Part shown: positions 1-8,172 of the stretch, piece by piece | How positions within the stretch are numbered: position 1 is the stretch's first letter | Layout: each line of letters begins with the position of its first letter | Virus record (IMG/VR): IMGVR_UViG_3300045256_000282 | Coordinates: 64,001-128,000 of that record | Reading direction: 5' to 3' (one strand) | DNA from: a virus | DNA length: 64,000 bases | The notes under the pieces: generated by a model | What the model saw: the letters and a program-made list of their open reading frames with translations, nothing else | Database searches by the model: none | Told to the model about the DNA's origin: nothing | Program-made: the position numbers and the translations under genes

Positions 1-163
1 TATCTCCGAACACTGCGTTGATTCCAGCAGTATAAACTCCGATATCATTCTCGAATCTCTTCAGGTACGGACTGAGCACCTCATCTACGACCGCGACTGG
101 TTTTGAGTCTCTCTTGCCGCAACCTGTCAGGATCATCATCGCTATCAGGATGATAACTCTCAT
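1..163 (-). CDS. Lipoprotein, partial (runs off the left edge)
   Basis: ATG at 163; MRVIILIAMMILTGC signal peptide with lipobox; frame open to position 1. Confidence 0.7.
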   Translation of the reverse strand, partial: MRVIILIAMMILTGCGKRDSKPVAVVDEVLSPYLKRFENDIGVYTAGINAVFGD

Positions 164-164
164 A

Positions 165-404
165 TTATGACCCAACCACGTCGTAGATCGACACGAGGAG
201 GTCACGAGCAACTTGAGCCTTACCTTGGGCTAACACGTCGCCGTTAAGCATAGCGTAGGCTGTGTAAACACCATTCTCGTACTGGATCTCGATGTTGCCA
301 AGCTTTGTCTGGGTAACTGCTACTGCGCCAGTCTTACGAGCAAGGGCTAAGTCTTGGTTTGCGAACTTGATGAGTTGAGCTTTGATGACTTGTAAGTTGT
401 TCAT
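165..404 (-). CDS. Hypothetical early protein (79 aa)
   Basis: Start moved to ATG 404 behind GAGGT RBS and the promoter at 424-452. Confidence 0.75.
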   Translation of the reverse strand: MNNLQVIKAQLIKFANQDLALARKTGAVAVTQTKLGNIEIQYENGVYTAYAMLNGDVLAQGKAQVARDLLVSIYDVVGS

Positions 405-423
405 ATCGTTACCTCTTGAATAC

Positions 424-452
424 AGTATCTCAAAGGCGACTAAATATGTCAA
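424..452 (-). promoter_or_regulatory. sigma70-type early promoter
   Basis: TTGACA-17 nt-GATACT. Confidence 0.7.
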
Positions 453-651
453 ATATTATCTTACGTAACATAAAATTGTGTTACGTCTTGTGTTACACAT
501 GTGTCTTTTGTGACACATGTCGTCGGTATGTCGTCGCCCATCTGTTGAGAGCTATCTCAAATGTTTAAAGCTTCGTGGCCTAAATGTTGAGAGCTTAAAA
601 TTTGGCCGCATTATCGTAGCGGCTCCCCTCACGCGACTAGGGGTCGATTAA

Positions 652-1077
652 TTAGAACTCGATGCCAAGGGAGACCATACCAGTCTTGTTGGTAAGCCCT
701 TGCACGCCTAACAGAAGGTCAGAGTCTTCGCCTAGGCGTCGGCTGTAGCCAAGACCACCCACGGCTCCGTACTTTTGTTCTGCTTCGATAGCTGTTCCGT
801 TACGCTGAGCGTCGATGCCGTTAGGACCGACACCACCCATGATCTGAACCAGGTTCATCTTGCGCTTGACCACGGTACGAACGACCGCGATCTTCTTCTC
901 GACGACCTTCTCCACGACCTTAACAACTGGCTTCTCTACTACCACGGTCTTAACTACCGTGCGAACCTGACAAGATGCTGGCTTCTTCTTAGCAACCGGC
1001 TTCTTGTGGCAAGGGCATTGGTCTGCCATTGCGTTTACCGACATCAAACCTACTACTAAAGCGATGATCATTTTCAT
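652..1077 (-). CDS. Secreted/outer-membrane protein with Val/Lys-rich stalk and C-terminal amphipathic beta-strands ending in Phe
   Basis: AGGAG RBS; signal peptide MKMIIALVVGLMSVNAMA; C-terminus ...GLGYSRRL...MVSLGIEF. Confidence 0.6.
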   Translation of the reverse strand: MKMIIALVVGLMSVNAMADQCPCHKKPVAKKKPASCQVRTVVKTVVVEKPVVKVVEKVVEKKIAVVRTVVKRKMNLVQIMGGVGPNGIDAQRNGTAIEAEQKYGAVGGLGYSRRLGEDSDLLLGVQGLTNKTGMVSLGIEF

Positions 1078-1096
1078 ATGCGTTCTCCTTATGTCC

Positions 1097-1125
1097 AAGT
1101 TAACAAAATGGATTAATTTAGTCAA
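1097..1125 (-). promoter_or_regulatory. sigma70-type promoter
   Basis: TTGACT-17 nt-TAACTT. Confidence 0.6.
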
Positions 1126-1131
1126 GATAAT

Positions 1132-1163
1132 AAAAAAGGGGGCGGTCGAAGGAAACCGCCCCC
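1132..1163 (-). terminator. Rho-independent terminator after the PA14 lipoprotein gene
   Basis: 9-bp stem GGGGGCGGT/ACCGCCCCC followed by T6 on the minus strand. Confidence 0.85.
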
Positions 1164-1170
1164 AGCACTC

Positions 1171-2451
1171 TTAGTGTGTCAAGAGTGACTTACCAACGAC
1201 CGTTCTAGCGATCGTTGAGGATGACCATTCAAGGAGTAACGCGATCTGTGTGCGAGGACCTTGGAAGTAATCGATCTGGAAGGCATGACTACCTTGCGAC
1301 AAGAAGCCAGTGGCGGTCTTGGTCGAAGGAGCATGCAAACCGTCATGATTAAGCGCCACAGCTCCGTCAAGCTTAAGGATCGCACCATCGTCAGCCGTGA
1401 GGTAGAACGTGTAGGTGTCTGCCTTAGCAACCGCAAGCTTACCTACGCAGCGAAGTCCGTACCACTCTAGGTACTTGGTTCGAACAGAGCTGTCGTTGAT
1501 CTTAGGGAAGCCGCCAGCGTAGTTCGTGTCGCCAACGTCGAGTTGGTCCATGACGAAGGTATACACCGGAGTCATCGTGCTGAAATCAGGTACGTTAGAA
1601 GGCTTAGTAGCGATCAGGTCGTACATCTTGCAAGACAATCCAGCCTGAACCGTGGGAGCCTTAGGCTTCTTCACGCAATAGGCGTTGTCGTACTTGTCTT
1701 TCTTGAGCTGCTCGGTAGCCTTACATTTAGGCGTACCGCGGCTGCTGATTGGGGCATCGTACACACGGCCAGCAAGAAGCGCTGCACCAAGTTCAAGCTC
1801 GTTCTCAACGTCCACGTCAACCGACTGACTTACGTTGGTCGTCTGAGTGTTCGTCTGCGTATTAGTCTGAGACTGGTTGTTTGACTGGTCCTGGCTGTTG
1901 CTGTTCGTCGAGCTGTTGTTCGTCGAGTTGTTAGCAGAGTTAGACGCAGTCCCGCTGTTGCTCACCGTGCCGCTGTTGTTGGCGTTGGAGCTTGACGTGC
2001 TGTTACCAGCCGAAGATGTCGAGCTACCGCCAGCTCCGCCAGTTGCCGATGCGTTACCGCTCGAGATCTGGTTGCTGTTAGAAGCCGAACCACCCTGAGC
2101 ACTACCGCCCTGAGAAGTTGACGTGTTGCTGTTGCTGTTCGTAGCGCTTCCACCCTGTGAGGTTGAAGTTCCACCAGTAGCAGTGCTTGAACCACCTTGC
2201 GAGGTTGAGTTCGAGCTACCGCCAGAGGCAGAGTTGTCGTTGGTGCTGTTGCCGCTGTTGCTGATGCTTCCACCAGAACCCCCTGCACCTCCTGCTCCAC
2301 CAGCACCGCCAGCAGAACTATTGTTGATGTCGATGTTGATCGTTGGCGCAGGTAAACCTGATCCACCGCTGCCAGTTTCGTATACTACCTTTTCCTTACC
2401 ACAACCCGTAAGAGCCAAAGCCCCTGCGAGGATAAAAATACTCGTTTTCAT
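1171..2451 (-). CDS. Lipoprotein with Ser/Gly/Asn/Thr-rich linker and C-terminal PA14 domain
   Basis: Lipobox LALTGC; about 190-aa low-complexity region; YTFYLTADDG...NHDGLH...GSHAFQIDYFQG...LEWS is the PA14 pattern. Confidence 0.8.
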   Translation of the reverse strand: MKTSIFILAGALALTGCGKEKVVYETGSGGSGLPAPTINIDINNSSAGGAGGAGGAGGSGGSISNSGNSTNDNSASGGSSNSTSQGGSSTATGGTSTSQGGSATNSNSNTSTSQGGSAQGGSASNSNQISSGNASATGGAGGSSTSSAGNSTSSSNANNSGTVSNSGTASNSANNSTNNSSTNSNSQDQSNNQSQTNTQTNTQTTNVSQSVDVDVENELELGAALLAGRVYDAPISSRGTPKCKATEQLKKDKYDNAYCVKKPKAPTVQAGLSCKMYDLIATKPSNVPDFSTMTPVYTFVMDQLDVGDTNYAGGFPKINDSSVRTKYLEWYGLRCVGKLAVAKADTYTFYLTADDGAILKLDGAVALNHDGLHAPSTKTATGFLSQGSHAFQIDYFQGPRTQIALLLEWSSSTIARTVVGKSLLTH

Positions 2452-2492
2452 GCGTTCTCCTTCGTTTTACGTAGGGATATACCTACACGTTG

Positions 2493-2521
2493 AATATATC
2501 CTGATCCATCGACTTGGTCAA
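2493..2521 (-). promoter_or_regulatory. sigma70-type promoter
   Basis: TTGACC-17 nt-TATATT. Confidence 0.7.
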
Positions 2522-2527
2522 GTATGT

Positions 2528-3661
2528 TTAAGCTTCTCGTAAACCATCGAAATCTTTAGCGTTACACTCTTCTTTAAATCGATCGTATTGCTTGTTCGCA
2601 TAATCCTTAAGACTCAAGGGCTTACCCACGTACGCTTCCATCGTCAGAGGAAACAGTCTACCCATCGAACCCTGACTCTTGATCGCGTAATCCTTGCGCG
2701 TCTCGTGCTTGTTCTCGGCGTGAAACTTCTCAACCTCTTTTAAGGCCCAAGAAAGCTCCTTCGTGACCACGGACTCGACCCTGCTCAGCAGCTCGAGTGC
2801 TGTTGGGTCGTCGCTAAGCGCAGCCCGCATGTCGTCTGCCTTCTCCTCAAGAACGGCCTCAAGGCAGTAACGGAAATTCAAAGCGCCATCTTTTACCTTG
2901 TGCTTCTGCACGTACCAGTCGGTCTTCACCTTGACCATCTGACCGCTCTTCAGCACCCAGATGAACCCCTCGATGTTCTCCATTTCCCGTACTATGTGCT
3001 GTTTAGTATAAAATGCCGTATCTAAATCAAACTTTTTCGTGCAGAATCCTTCGACGAAGTTCTCCCAAACCTTAGGGAACGTCTTGATCTGACTTATCGG
3101 CATGTACTTACCAGTGTACTTGTGCCTTACGTTCAGCACTACCAACTTCTCTTCCTGGTATTTCACAACGATTCGGTTGTTAGGAGCAACGTACTCCATG
3201 TTTACCGTGTACTCCATCCTGTCAAGCTCCAAAAGCTCGGACACGAACTTGTAACCCATGGAATATGCTAAGTTTCTAGCCCAAAGAGCCTGGTCTGACG
3301 ACAGAGTTCCCTTCGTCTTTGTGAACAAAACATTATCTACGACGTATGTTGATATCAAGCTACCGTCCAGCTTGGTCATAACCCTCTCCACATCGCTAGG
3401 CTCGATGCACTGGGTCATAGGATTCTCGTTTAGGTTGAAGAACTTCTCCATAGGACGAGATGCGATCCTGACCGGCTCTCCGCCGTCCATCTCAAACATG
3501 ATCCCGCGAGCCTCAAGAGCCCCGTCCTTCAGCCAATCCGCGTATGAGCAGTACCTGTAGTTGAATATTCGAAACGTTCGACCAAGCATGAACTCGTCCT
3601 TGTAGTAGAAAGAGTTCGAATCTTTGACCAACTTCATCAAGTTACTGTAAAGAAGCATCAT
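2528..3661 (-). CDS. rnlA: RNA ligase 1 (T4 Rnl1 family)
   Basis: EARGIMFE, SRPMEKFFNLNEN, motif I KLDGS, EYVAPNNRIVV, EGFI, KVKTDWY; GAGGTG RBS before ATG 3661. Confidence 0.9.
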   Translation of the reverse strand: MMLLYSNLMKLVKDSNSFYYKDEFMLGRTFRIFNYRYCSYADWLKDGALEARGIMFEMDGGEPVRIASRPMEKFFNLNENPMTQCIEPSDVERVMTKLDGSLISTYVVDNVLFTKTKGTLSSDQALWARNLAYSMGYKFVSELLELDRMEYTVNMEYVAPNNRIVVKYQEEKLVVLNVRHKYTGKYMPISQIKTFPKVWENFVEGFCTKKFDLDTAFYTKQHIVREMENIEGFIWVLKSGQMVKVKTDWYVQKHKVKDGALNFRYCLEAVLEEKADDMRAALSDDPTALELLSRVESVVTKELSWALKEVEKFHAENKHETRKDYAIKSQGSMGRLFPLTMEAYVGKPLSLKDYANKQYDRFKEECNAKDFDGLREA

Positions 3662-3704
3662 AGGCACCTCTACCACATGATAATATGTTTGCAAGGATTT
3701 TACA

Positions 3705-4346
3705 ATGAAAATTTTGCTACTTTCAGACACCCATGGCCAAAAAGTTAAGAATCTACCTAAGGCCGACCTACTGATCCACTCAGGGGACTGGTCAGGTGCT
3801 GGTACGTACAAGGAGACTCGAGACCTCATCGAGTGGCTCCAGACGATCAAGCACAAGTTCGGCAAGATTGTCGTAGTTCCCGGCAACCACGACAGATGGG
3901 TAGAGGCCAATCAAGCACAAGCCAAACGAGAGTTTGCAGATAACGACATGGAGCTTCTGATCCATGAGTCAACCTTCCATATGGGTGCTATCATATACGG
4001 TCACCCGATGACGCCGATCTTCGGTAACTGGGCTTTTATGGGAAATGATCGCCAGAGGAAGCTCGCGGCTGATGCTATACCTCTTGATACCTCGATCCTG
4101 GTCAGTCATGGTCCACCGCTGGGCTACCTGGACAAGCTAGCAGAGAACGGCTCGGCTCCAGGCATGTCCGTAGGGTGTAAGCACCTAGCAGAGGCGGTTC
4201 TACGGGTTCAACCTGAGATGCACGTATTTGGTCACATACACGAGGGAAGTGGAGTCATGACGCTGGGCAAGACATTACTGGTCAACGCGTCACACATGGA
4301 CGAGTACTACACGCCAACGAACGCGTTCAAGGTTGTTTACCTATAA
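3705..4346 (+). CDS. Calcineurin-like metallophosphoesterase
   Basis: SDTH, HSGD, PGNHD, SHGPP, FGHIHE motifs. Confidence 0.9.
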   Translation: MKILLLSDTHGQKVKNLPKADLLIHSGDWSGAGTYKETRDLIEWLQTIKHKFGKIVVVPGNHDRWVEANQAQAKREFADNDMELLIHESTFHMGAIIYGHPMTPIFGNWAFMGNDRQRKLAADAIPLDTSILVSHGPPLGYLDKLAENGSAPGMSVGCKHLAEAVLRVQPEMHVFGHIHEGSGVMTLGKTLLVNASHMDEYYTPTNAFKVVYL

Positions 4347-4364
4347 GCGGACATTTTATGGGGG

Positions 4365-4535
4365 TTAAATTAACCCTATTGACGACCTTTTTTGGGGGGT
4401 ATCCTTGGCGTAGCATTCCTTCGAACAGAAATGCATGATGCGACCCTTCTTCGTGGTGCGGGCGATACAAACCCTCTCACCATTGCCTAGTAAGATGCGA
4501 CAGATATCACAGATGATTCCGCCGATCTTGATCAC
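4365..4535 (-). CDS. Small Cys-rich zinc-binding protein (56 aa, below ORF-track cutoff)
   Basis: GTG start overlapping upstream stop (GTGA); CDIC...HFCSKEC. Confidence 0.55.
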   Translation of the reverse strand: MIKIGGIICDICRILLGNGERVCIARTTKKGRIMHFCSKECYAKDTPQKRSSIGLI

Positions 4536-4750
4536 GCGGGGTCCTCTTCAAGCTCAGACCAGTTTGGATACTGATCTTTCGTGATTAAAACTTTCTCAGC
4601 CTCACCTTGGAAGTTGCTGTAATTTCGGTTCCAGTATAAAACAGTTGCCTCGGTACCCTCGTCAGTTTCTTTCACAGAACCGATGATAGCGATGTCGATG
4701 TCTAAGCAGTTCTTGTGACGGTAGTACTTCCAGGACTTAAACGGTGTCAT
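4532..4750 (-). CDS. Hypothetical protein
   Basis: ATGA overlap with upstream gene; GAGG RBS. Confidence 0.65.
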   Translation of the reverse strand: MTPFKSWKYYRHKNCLDIDIAIIGSVKETDEGTEATVLYWNRNYSNFQGEAEKVLITKDQYPNWSELEEDPA

Positions 4751-4989
4751 CTGAGCACCTCTCCGCGTCCCTGTTCTCCTGGCATCCATCCTTCGGATAC
4801 GAGATCATAAGGACTCTTTTCCATGGCCTTTTCGCACTCTAGGTGCATACGGCCAGTGTTGAAGTCGCCTTCCCAATGGTAGGCTCTGTATAGGTGTTTC
4901 TCACCCTTCTCGATCTTGGTAGCGCATCATTCACAAGAGTAATCCTTCCGACCTTTTACGTAGCTAGATCGAATTTCAGTATAGCTCAT
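4747..4989 (-). pseudogene. CxxC zinc-finger-like gene interrupted by in-frame TGA at codon 21
   Basis: MSYTEIRSSYVKGRKDYSCE*CATKIEKGEKHLY...MHLEC; ATGA coupling at both ends; TGA at 4927-4929. Confidence 0.7.
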
Positions 4990-5339
4990 TCTGGCCTCCG
5001 CTTGTAAAGCTCAATCTTGTAGATGCTATTGTAGGTCCTAAGAAGCCAGGTATCTGAATCTTCACCAGGTTCTGCGCTGATCGCAGCGCTAGTCCACATG
5101 CGATCACTCTTAAATCCGCGTCCGAAGCTCATGCACTTCTCGCCCGTCCAAGGATGAGCAGCAAATATAGCATCACCCACGTACACGTCACCAACTGGAA
5201 TCCAGGAGGATTGACCTTCTCGGTGTCTCGCAATCTTTGTAGCCCTGAAGATGGCATCACCCTTCTCGTCAAGCCAAGCCTGAAGTTTTGCCAAAGCCTT
5301 TTCGTCTACGGTATATGGTAAATCGTTATCGTTGCTCAT
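4986..5339 (-). CDS. Hypothetical protein
   Basis: ORF track; packed in operon. Confidence 0.7.
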   Translation of the reverse strand: MSNDNDLPYTVDEKALAKLQAWLDEKGDAIFRATKIARHREGQSSWIPVGDVYVGDAIFAAHPWTGEKCMSFGRGFKSDRMWTSAAISAEPGEDSDTWLLRTYNSIYKIELYKRRPE

Positions 5340-5357
5340 TTCTTCTTTCCTTCTCTT

Positions 5358-5609
5358 TTAAACTACACGTTCGTAAGTTTTATCAAAGATATCAGGCTTG
5401 CAAGGATAAAACTCACCGTTAACACCTTGGATTATGTAGTCACCCGGACTGGCGGTGATGATCCCTTCAAGGGTTGGAATCTCAATCTTACCCTCTGACG
5501 TCATGCTAGACATCAGGTTACCTATCCACTTGCTGATCTTTAGGAATGACTCAACACTTCCGTCGTAAAGCTCAGCCTCGATAATTACAGGTTTCTTACG
5601 GTAACGCAT
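5358..5609 (-). CDS. Conserved small phage protein (RKKPV...PGDYI...YPCKPDIF type)
   Basis: MRYRKKPVIIEA...TLEG...GDYIIQGVNGEFYPCKPDIF. Confidence 0.8.
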   Translation of the reverse strand: MRYRKKPVIIEAELYDGSVESFLKISKWIGNLMSSMTSEGKIEIPTLEGIITASPGDYIIQGVNGEFYPCKPDIFDKTYERVV

Positions 5610-5836
5610 TATTCACCTTTCGATCTCCAAAGTACTTTCTTGTTAAAATGATGCCTTATCCTGGCCTCTCCGTCAATAAACATCATAAGCTCTCCCTTGA
5701 GCTTACCTGGCCATCTCCAATGATTCTTGTGAAATCTTCCGACGATGCTCTCAAGCTCGTCAATGGCAAGTCCCGTATAGCTTAACGCTTCTTCTAATCT
5801 TTCTTCGTCTGATAGGTAAAAAGCAGAGTAGATCAT
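5609..5836 (-). CDS. Hypothetical protein
   Basis: ORF track, overlapping start/stop coupling. Confidence 0.6.
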   Translation of the reverse strand: MIYSAFYLSDEERLEEALSYTGLAIDELESIVGRFHKNHWRWPGKLKGELMMFIDGEARIRHHFNKKVLWRSKGE

Positions 5837-6084
5837 AGCTCGTCCTCTCTTGCCTCTCTGAAGTCGCTAGGGTGAACCATGGCCACTATCTTACCATTGT
5901 ACCGAGCAACTATGCAATGACCAGGAACGTTAGGGATGTTGGATAGGAAGTAAACAACCTCACCTCTTTGGATGGGTCCAGAAATCAGGTCTGCGTCATC
6001 AATGAAAGCAGGATCAAATACAATAGCTTCGCCCTGTTGCCAGTTCGTGCGTCTTACAGGTTTGCTATTGCGCTGCTTCTTCAT
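5833..6084 (-). CDS. Hypothetical protein
   Basis: ORF track, AGGA RBS. Confidence 0.65.
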   Translation of the reverse strand: MKKQRNSKPVRRTNWQQGEAIVFDPAFIDDADLISGPIQRGEVVYFLSNIPNVPGHCIVARYNGKIVAMVHPSDFREAREDEL

Positions 6085-6093
6085 CGTTTCCTT

Positions 6094-6303
6094 TTACTTC
6101 TCCGCTCCACAGATAACAGAGTAGTCTCGCTCTCCCCATTTTCTGAACAACTTAACACAAGGAGAATCGTCGTAAAGCTCACCGCACCGCTTCTTGGTCT
6201 GAGCAAGAACCTTTCGGTCCTCTTCATTCCACGGGAAGCCGGACACGTTCTGCATCTTAGTCTCTGGACAGGATAGGGCGGCCAACGCTAGGAGAGTGAT
6301 CAC
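6094..6303 (-). CDS. Small secreted Cys-rich protein
   Basis: Hydrophobic N-terminus and 4 Cys. Confidence 0.6.
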   Translation of the reverse strand: MITLLALAALSCPETKMQNVSGFPWNEEDRKVLAQTKKRCGELYDDSPCVKLFRKWGERDYSVICGAEK

Positions 6304-6467
6304 TCTTCACTCCTATTGTCAGCAAGCTCTAGCTGATATTCTACGGACGTGTTGGAGACAGCCTCGATAACCTCATCCATATGATCTTCTGGCACCTCTC
6401 GGTAGTTTCTCCAGAAGTCCTTAGGTTTCATATTTTCTTTAGCAATCTCGACACACATCAGGCACAT
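6300..6467 (-). CDS. Small hypothetical protein (MCLMCVEIAK...)
   Basis: 55-aa ORF filling the gap; GAGG RBS; coupled stop/start. Confidence 0.55.
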   Translation of the reverse strand: MCLMCVEIAKENMKPKDFWRNYREVPEDHMDEVIEAVSNTSVEYQLELADNRSEE

Positions 6468-6468
6468 A

Positions 6469-6669
6469 TTAACCTCTCAAGAGTACCTTCAAGATCAACG
6501 CACCAACAACCAGGACGGTGCCGATTACGGCAAGTCCCAAAAGGGTTGCGACGAACTGCGCCGCGTAAAAACCCAGGGTTGCTTTAAAGATCGTTTTAAA
6601 AGGGTGCTCTGCCAGTTGTTCTTTTGCTGCTTTGAGTAACTCGTTTGCTGAATCTTTGTTATTGTTCAT
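6469..6669 (-). CDS. Small membrane protein
   Basis: Long hydrophobic C-terminal segment. Confidence 0.65.
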   Translation of the reverse strand: MNNNKDSANELLKAAKEQLAEHPFKTIFKATLGFYAAQFVATLLGLAVIGTVLVVGALILKVLLRG

Positions 6670-6700
6670 TTTTTGCTTCCTTATTCGTTTGATTTACGTA

Positions 6701-6952
6701 TCAGTACGGAGAATCATTTCCCCTAGGCTCATGGTTGCTTCCTGCGATGTAATTACATACCGTGCAAGTCAACCTCTCGGTAGTGGGATGGTACGTCCAC
6801 TTGTGAGGTGGGCAGTTCTTTTCCTTACCGTGAACCTCATCCTGAAGCTCTTCTAGGATCTTCTGTCTTTTCTTCCTAGCATCAGCCTCCATCTTGTTTC
6901 CAAGCATAGCGAAACCTACTATAAAGATCAAGATAAAAGCAAATGTTAGCAT
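6701..6952 (-). CDS. Membrane-anchored protein with C/H zinc motif
   Basis: N-terminal TM; CPPHKW...CTVC. Confidence 0.65.
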   Translation of the reverse strand: MLTFAFILIFIVGFAMLGNKMEADARKKRQKILEELQDEVHGKEKNCPPHKWTYHPTTERLTCTVCNYIAGSNHEPRGNDSPY

Positions 6953-7404
6953 CAGTGAAAGGTCCTTCCGCTATTGCTGCCGTCGTTTCCGCTGCCCTTT
7001 TTAGGTTTAGAGGTCGACTTATCCTGATCGTTTCGCAGCTCCTTGATCTTCTCAACAATTTCAGTCGTGAGTTTTTCGATAGTGTAGTGACCACCGCTGC
7101 TCAAGACCGTGTCCATACCAATGCAAAGACTTTTAAGCGCATTGGAGTGGATCGTACTGATAGCTCCTGCCAGTTCTTCCTTCGTGATCTTCTCTCCAGG
7201 CTTAACCATATCTTTATCTGACTCGAGATGGCCCGCCTCCATCTGACCAGCTCTTTGAAGCAGGAGGTGACTCATGCTGTCAAAAAGGGCACAGAAGTCC
7301 AACTCCTCGTCGAGGCCTTGGGTTGCAGTCTCGTCGATAAGAAGGCCAATCTTCTTATTAAAATCCTCTAACAATTTCTTTAATTTTGGGTCGATGTCAC
7401 TCAT
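6952..7404 (-). CDS. Hypothetical protein
   Basis: ORF track. Confidence 0.7.
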   Translation of the reverse strand: MSDIDPKLKKLLEDFNKKIGLLIDETATQGLDEELDFCALFDSMSHLLLQRAGQMEAGHLESDKDMVKPGEKITKEELAGAISTIHSNALKSLCIGMDTVLSSGGHYTIEKLTTEIVEKIKELRNDQDKSTSKPKKGSGNDGSNSGRTFH

Positions 7405-7585
7405 CTTTAGCTCCTAGCTCTCCGTTATTAAAAACTCCCTGCATCCGCATGACGTCCACCAAACCGTTTGCAGCCATTCGGATCTGTTCCTGAATAGATC
7501 TGATATTGTCCATTTCTTCAGACATCTTACTCGTTGTCTTATAAATCTTTCCATCAACCTCAATAGTTACCTTAATTTCCCTCAT
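7397..7585 (-). CDS. Hypothetical protein
   Basis: Start reassigned to ATG 7585 behind GGAGG. Confidence 0.6.
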   Translation of the reverse strand: MREIKVTIEVDGKIYKTTSKMSEEMDNIRSIQEQIRMAANGLVDVMRMQGVFNNGELGAKDE

Positions 7586-7877
7586 CTTCGTACCCTCCCG
7601 GATAAACGTCGCCGTTCTCGTGAATCTTATCGTCCTCGTAGGGGGCAACAGCCCTACGATAAAACTCTAACTTGCATCCCTCTAAAGCTCCAACTATGTC
7701 GTTGTAGTTCTGGTAACGGGCTGAGTATCCGCCGTCAATGTTCTGACTTGTTATGAATGAAAGGCAAAGCTCTGTCAAAAGATAGTTAAGCTCTCCAGCG
7801 GTCTTGATGTCAGTGCCCTTGATCGTCGCTGTCAAGTTGCTTAGGTTTGAGCGATCCTTTTCTTTAATGTATGGCAT
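7572..7877 (-). CDS. Conserved phage protein (MPYI...GELNY...KLEFYRR...PYED-K-ENGDVY type)
   Basis: Recognisable widespread phage motif set; function unknown. Confidence 0.75.
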   Translation of the reverse strand: MPYIKEKDRSNLSNLTATIKGTDIKTAGELNYLLTELCLSFITSQNIDGGYSARYQNYNDIVGALEGCKLEFYRRAVAPYEDDKIHENGDVYPGGYEDEGN

Positions 7878-8172
7878 CTTTACCTCCAGGTAGTATCTTA
7901 AAAGAAACTCTTAGCATCTTAACAGCTTCCTCACAAAGTCTTTCGGACTCGCACAGTAAGGAAACACCATAGGCGGACGCGATAGCCCCACCGAGAGATT
8001 CTGGCGAGTTTTTTGATGCTGTTTGAAACAACTGCATCGAAGTCTTAACTGCTTCTATGCCAATCCTGATCTTCCCGATGTTCTTAAATCGCATAGTATC
8101 AGTCAAGTATTTATTAGCCTTGATCAGCCTAGCTACTGATTCGGAAAGTTCGGAGTTAATTGGATTCGACAT
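7864..8172 (-). CDS. Hypothetical protein
   Basis: ORF track. Confidence 0.65.
   Translation of the reverse strand: MSNPINSELSESVARLIKANKYLTDTMRFKNIGKIRIGIEAVKTSMQLFQTASKNSPESLGGAIASAYGVSLLCESERLCEEAVKMLRVSFKILPGGKDAIH

Noticed and set aside
461-650. CRISPR mini-array
   Set aside because: Repeats are 8-11 nt, of different sequences and irregularly spaced
1830-2330. Tandem-repeat element or overlapping antisense ORFs
   Set aside because: Low-complexity Ser/Asn/Gly codons of the lipoprotein linker explain both the repeats and the shadow ORFs
3662-3910. N-terminal extension of the RNA ligase given by the ORF track
   Set aside because: Overlaps the opposite-strand phosphoesterase; RBS and Rnl1 similarity start at 3661
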